Shown: one piece after another, positions 44,653 to 48,201 of the stretch
How the letters are laid out: every line of letters begins with the position of its first letter
How positions within the stretch are numbered: position 1 is the first letter of the stretch
IMG/VR virus record: IMGVR_UViG_2910705042_000001
Direction: 5' to 3' (one strand)
DNA length: 48,201 nucleotides
Source: a virus
The notes under the pieces: model-generated
The model's database searches: none
Seen by the model: the letters and a program-made list of their open reading frames with translations, nothing else
What the model was told of the DNA's origin: nothing
Translations under genes and position numbers: made by a program

Positions 44653-45385
44653 CCTGTAGTCCCAGTGGAGAGGGAACATATCTCCAACATTCCTCGTTGG
44701 AGGCCTCCGGTCGATCCCATGTAGTCCCAGTGGAGAGGGATCATATCTCCAACGGCAACCGCTCGGTACCTGCGGGACTTCCCTGTAGTCCCAGTGGAGA
44801 GGGATCATATCTCCAACTGCTGCGAAGAGCACTTCGGTAGCCCTATAGTCCCAGTGGAGAGGGAACATATCTCCAACTGACCTCCAACAGGAGATGGAGA
44901 GCATCGGCGGCTCGTCCCTGTAGTCCCAGTGGAGAGGGAACATATCTCCAACTGAGTTCCAGCATTACGACGATCAGCCGCCTGTAGTCCCAGTGGAGAG
45001 GGAACATATCTCCAACTGAGTTCCAGCATTACGACGATCAGCCGCCTGTAGTCCCAGTGGAGAGGGAACATATCTCCAACTGCTGACGATCTTCGCCGCT
45101 TTCGCGCACCTGTAGTCCCAGTGGAGAGGGAACATATCTCCAACTGCACATCACTCAGCCCGCCCCTGTAGTCCCAGTGGAGAGGGATCGTATCTCCAAC
45201 TGAACCACGACAACCTGACGGGCAAGGGCATGTCACCCCAGTGGAGAGGGAACATATCTCCAACGTTGAATCCATTGCTACTTCTCCTGTTCCTTGTCAC
45301 CCCAGTGGAGGGGGAACATATCTCCAACTCAGTTGGAGGTTTCCAGCCGCTTGTCATCCCAGTGGAGAGGGATCGTATCTCCAAC
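44653..45385 (+). CRISPR. CRISPR array: 12 repeats (36 bp) and 11 spacers, type V-M-like repeat
   Basis: Consensus CCTGTAGTCCCAGTGGAGAGGGAACATATCTCCAAC at 44653, 44718, 44782, 44842, 44917, 44981, 45045, 45109, 45165, 45229, 45293, 45350. Spacers 29, 28, 24, 39, 28, 28, 28, 20, 28, 28, 21 nt; spacers 5 and 6 identical. Confidence 0.95.
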
Positions 45386-45457
45386 TTTTCAGAATCAGCT
45401 CATTGAATCGCCCTGGGTTTGATGGAGGCTCCAGAGTTACGGATGGAGAATGGATTC

Positions 45458-45790
45458 ATGCCCCAACATAAGAACAAGGGACGCCGCTATTCCACTGAGG
45501 AAAAGGCTGCAGCGGTCCGGATGGTGCGAACGCTCCGCGCCGAGCTCGGTACGAGCCAAGGAACGACGTCGCGGGTGGCTGAGCAGCTCGGTTATGGTGT
45601 CGAGTCAGTGCGCTCCTGGGTGCGTCAAGCTGACATCGATGACGGTGTGAAAGCTGGTGTTACGACCGACGAGCAGACACGTATGCGAGAGCTTGAGCAA
45701 GAGAACCGTGAACTCAAGCGCGCGAATGAAATCCTGAAACGTGCCGCGTCTTTCTTCGGGGCGGAGCTCGACCGCCAACACCGGAGCTAG
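45458..45790 (+). CDS. IS3 transposase OrfA (HTH)
   Basis: RRYSTEEKAAAVRMV...VRSWVRQ...ELKRANEILKRAASFF. Confidence 0.9.
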   Translation: MPQHKNKGRRYSTEEKAAAVRMVRTLRAELGTSQGTTSRVAEQLGYGVESVRSWVRQADIDDGVKAGVTTDEQTRMRELEQENRELKRANEILKRAASFFGAELDRQHRS

Positions 45791-46710
45791 TGCGATTCAT
45801 TAACGCGAACAAGGACGATATCGTGGCCGGCCGAAGGCTCGGGGTCGAGCGCATCTGCAGGGTTTTGCAGGTGGCCCCGTCGACGTATTATGCCGCGCAT
45901 GGCAGACCAGCCTCTGCTCGGAAAATTAGAGATGCAGAGCTCGCGCCCAGACTGCTCGAGCTCTGGGAATCGAACTACTCCGTCTATGGCGTGCGGAAGC
46001 TCTGGAAAGCCGCGCAGCGTGCGGGCATCAATATCGGCCGTGATCAGGTCGCCCGGCTCATGAAAGCACTCGGGATTGAGGGCGTGCGCCGGGACAAGCG
46101 CGTGAAAACTACGAAGCCTGACCCGCGAATGCCGCGGCATCCTGATCTCGTGAACCGGGTATTCAGGGCGGATACGCCGAACCAGTTGTGGGTGACCGAT
46201 TTGACGTTCGTGCCGACCTGGCAGGGCGTCGCCTACGTGTGCTTCATCATTGACGCATACAGTCGCGCGATCGTGGGCTGGCGATGTGCGTCGAGCATGA
46301 AGACCGAGACGGTACTCGACGCGATCGAGATGGCACGATGGTCACGCGGCAAGCACCTCCCGGCGCTGCGCTGCCATAGCGATGCGGGCAGTCAATTCAC
46401 GTCTATTCGCTACGGTGAACGCCTCGCGGAGATCGGGGCGACGCCCTCGATCGGAACTGTCGGTGACAGCTATGACAATGCCCTCGCTGAGACGGTGAAC
46501 GGATACTACAAGGCTGAGCTGGTGCGCGGGCCAGCGAAGTCGGGGCCGTGGAAAACGGTTGATGATCTCGAGCTCGCGACGCTGGGATGGGTGCACTGGC
46601 ACAACACGCAGCGGCTCCACGGCTACCTCGGGGACGTGCCACCTGCGGAGTTCGAAGAAAAGTTCTATGCTGGGGATACCAGCGCCAAAGAACTGGTAAA
46701 AATCAAATGA
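45790..46710 (+). CDS. IS3 transposase OrfB (DDE integrase core)
   Basis: YGVRK, WVTDLT, HSDAGSQF, DNALAET. Confidence 0.9.
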   Translation: MRFINANKDDIVAGRRLGVERICRVLQVAPSTYYAAHGRPASARKIRDAELAPRLLELWESNYSVYGVRKLWKAAQRAGINIGRDQVARLMKALGIEGVRRDKRVKTTKPDPRMPRHPDLVNRVFRADTPNQLWVTDLTFVPTWQGVAYVCFIIDAYSRAIVGWRCASSMKTETVLDAIEMARWSRGKHLPALRCHSDAGSQFTSIRYGERLAEIGATPSIGTVGDSYDNALAETVNGYYKAELVRGPAKSGPWKTVDDLELATLGWVHWHNTQRLHGYLGDVPPAEFEEKFYAGDTSAKELVKIK

Positions 46711-47050
46711 GCTGAGTCTCCACTAAACCCAGGGCGATTCAGGACTCTGGACCAGAAAAGGATGGGCAGGCCGATCACAATAGACCCCCGACACGCCCGA
46801 ACCATTACACACTTTTTGGCCTTTAACCCTAGACGCAACGATTACAACGACCATAGGAAAGACATTCCACAAAAACTGTCACAACAATCGGCTAACGTAA
46901 AACCTAAACCGGCACCCACTGAAAGGCACAGCCCTCATGTCCCACGTACAAAGAAACGCCTCACTACTCGCCAAAGCATGGTGGTTGTTGCTCACCATCT
47001 GCACAGCCGGCATCCACGCGATCTTCCGCGGACGCCCTAGGTAAACCAAA

Positions 47051-47080
47051 GACCCCCGCCTCACAAAGAAGCGGGGGGTC
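47051..47080. terminator. Stem-loop
   Basis: GACCCCCGC ... GCGGGGGGTC downstream of the minus-strand genes. Confidence 0.45.
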
Positions 47081-47133
47081 ACCACCATTGGTAAAGTTAC
47101 CAAGCCAAACCAAGGAGTAAAAACAAGTCTACA

Positions 47134-47385
47134 TCACAACAAAGACCTCAAAGCTGCCTGAACCGCAGGATATGTAACACCCAACCTCCGAGCGATCTCG
47201 GACTGGGTAGCACCAGCATCGGCAAGCTCACGCATGACACGCGCACGCGCACGCCCAGCCTCCACAGCCGCCTGCCGGGCATCCTCGAGTGCACGATCCG
47301 CGACGATCAAACGATCCCAGTCCGACTCGGGAATATTTGCAACAGACTTCGGACGTCCACCCTTGCTACGAACCATAACGGTCAT
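47134..47385 (-). CDS. Small HTH DNA-binding protein
   Basis: GATQSEIARRLGVTYPAV; SD GGAGG. Confidence 0.7.
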   Translation of the reverse strand: MTVMVRSKGGRPKSVANIPESDWDRLIVADRALEDARQAAVEAGRARARVMRELADAGATQSEIARRLGVTYPAVQAALRSLL

Positions 47386-47575
47386 GATACCGGCACCTCC
47401 GCAACGATCTCACGCATACGAACAGTGCAAACAAACTCAAACGTTGCCACAACGATCACCCCTCCCCATGACGCAACGATCCCCAACGATCCGCCGTGAA
47501 TAATCTGAATACACACGGGCATCACTTGCCGACAACATGAACCTCACACCCTTTCCCAAAGAACAACGATCACAA

Positions 47576-47923
47576 CTACGCCAACAACGACGAACGATTA
47601 CTCTCACGAATCATCCGAACTGAACGCCCAAGCACTAGCCGAATATGACGATCACCAGAAACGCCACTCGTCACTAACACGCCCATGTGGGCCTGCCGAC
47701 GATCGGCATCACCCGTCAGCCCATCCCGATAACACGGAAAGTACGATCTCGAGCCGGGGTAGCATTCCCCAACCTTCACGACGGCCCATGGTTCCGCTCC
47801 CTGCGCTTGAATGAGCGACACAACACCACTCAACGACTCCGACAAATCCAGCAACGGCCCCACGGCCGCCGCAACCGAACCAGCAACGATCTGAATGCTG
47901 TCCACAACGATCACACCCCCCAA
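47576..47923 (-). CDS. Hypothetical protein
   Basis: 115-aa ORF in a minus-strand gene run. Confidence 0.4.
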   Translation of the reverse strand: MGGVIVVDSIQIVAGSVAAAVGPLLDLSESLSGVVSLIQAQGAEPWAVVKVGECYPGSRSYFPCYRDGLTGDADRRQAHMGVLVTSGVSGDRHIRLVLGRSVRMIRESNRSSLLA

Positions 47924-48201
47924 ATCTCAAACGTACAACGCAAATTCGCAACATAACCATTCGTGTACGAACGTCCCGCCGCATCCTCCAACGTCAACGG
48001 TTCTTCAACACGCTTAACAAGGCGTTCAACTTCACCCCAAAGCTCCGGGACCTCTCCGATGTGCGTAGCAACGATCTGGCTATCATCAAACGTCGGCAAC
48101 TCACACACCTTCACGACGGCCGCCCCCAATTTGAATGAGTCCAACGACTCACGCCAACGATCCGCCTCATTCCAAACGATCCCATCAGGGGACTCAACCA
48201 T
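47911..48201 (-). CDS. Hypothetical protein (probably 5'-partial)
   Basis: ORF reaches the window edge. Confidence 0.4.
   Translation of the reverse strand: MVESPDGIVWNEADRWRESLDSFKLGAAVVKVCELPTFDDSQIVATHIGEVPELWGEVERLVKRVEEPLTLEDAAGRSYTNGYVANLRCTFEIWGV

Larger units (their letters stand above)
45404..46741 (+). mobile_element. IS3-family element (IS51/IS6110-like)
   Basis: TG...CA ends with IRs TGAATCGCCCTGGGTTT / AAACCCAGGGCGATTCA; no target duplication (CAT vs GGA). Confidence 0.92.

Noticed and set aside
44599-45384. Repetitive minus-strand ORFs (MFPLHWDYR..., LEICSLSTG...)
   Set aside because: These are translations of the CRISPR repeats.
44653-45385. Type II-C assignment from the 36+28 period
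   Set aside because: No cas9 or anti-repeat/tracrRNA seen; the repeat fold and neighbouring fragment fit type V-M better, though II-C is not fully excluded.
44258-45385. TnpA as a functional spacer-acquisition enzyme for the adjacent array
   Set aside because: tnpA is 5'-truncated and belongs to an IS605 derivative with its own ends; the adjacency is best explained by insertion.

Overview
High-GC, actinobacterial-type accessory DNA with no housekeeping genes; it reads like part of a large plasmid or other giant mobile element. Main points: (1) An element-wide octamer, CCGCACAC, lies exactly 9 nt before the start codon of 16 genes. It also lies 9 nt before a T|purine step ahead of an SD-led gene or remnant at 7 more sites. 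This looks like a private single-box promoter driving a mostly leaderless regulon. (2) At least 11 otherwise unrelated or divergent proteins share a ~30-aa N-terminal tag (R-x-P-x-G-[QER]-[FYW]...[VIL]-x-L). (3) A diverged paralog family ends in a conserved FGPxCCFH(S/T)xFD tail. (4) Surface genes: two sortase-anchored adhesins, two class F-like sortases, a secreted PAP2 phosphatase and an HNH/DUF1524 nuclease. (5) Inserted defence islands: a Type III R-M pair and an OLD-family nuclease. (6) A decayed type V-M (Cas12m)-like CRISPR locus: a C-terminal effector remnant, an IS605 derivative carrying a PASTA lipoprotein, and a 12-repeat array, bracketed by IS256 and IS3 elements. All family assignments come from motif recognition by eye; no database searches were run.
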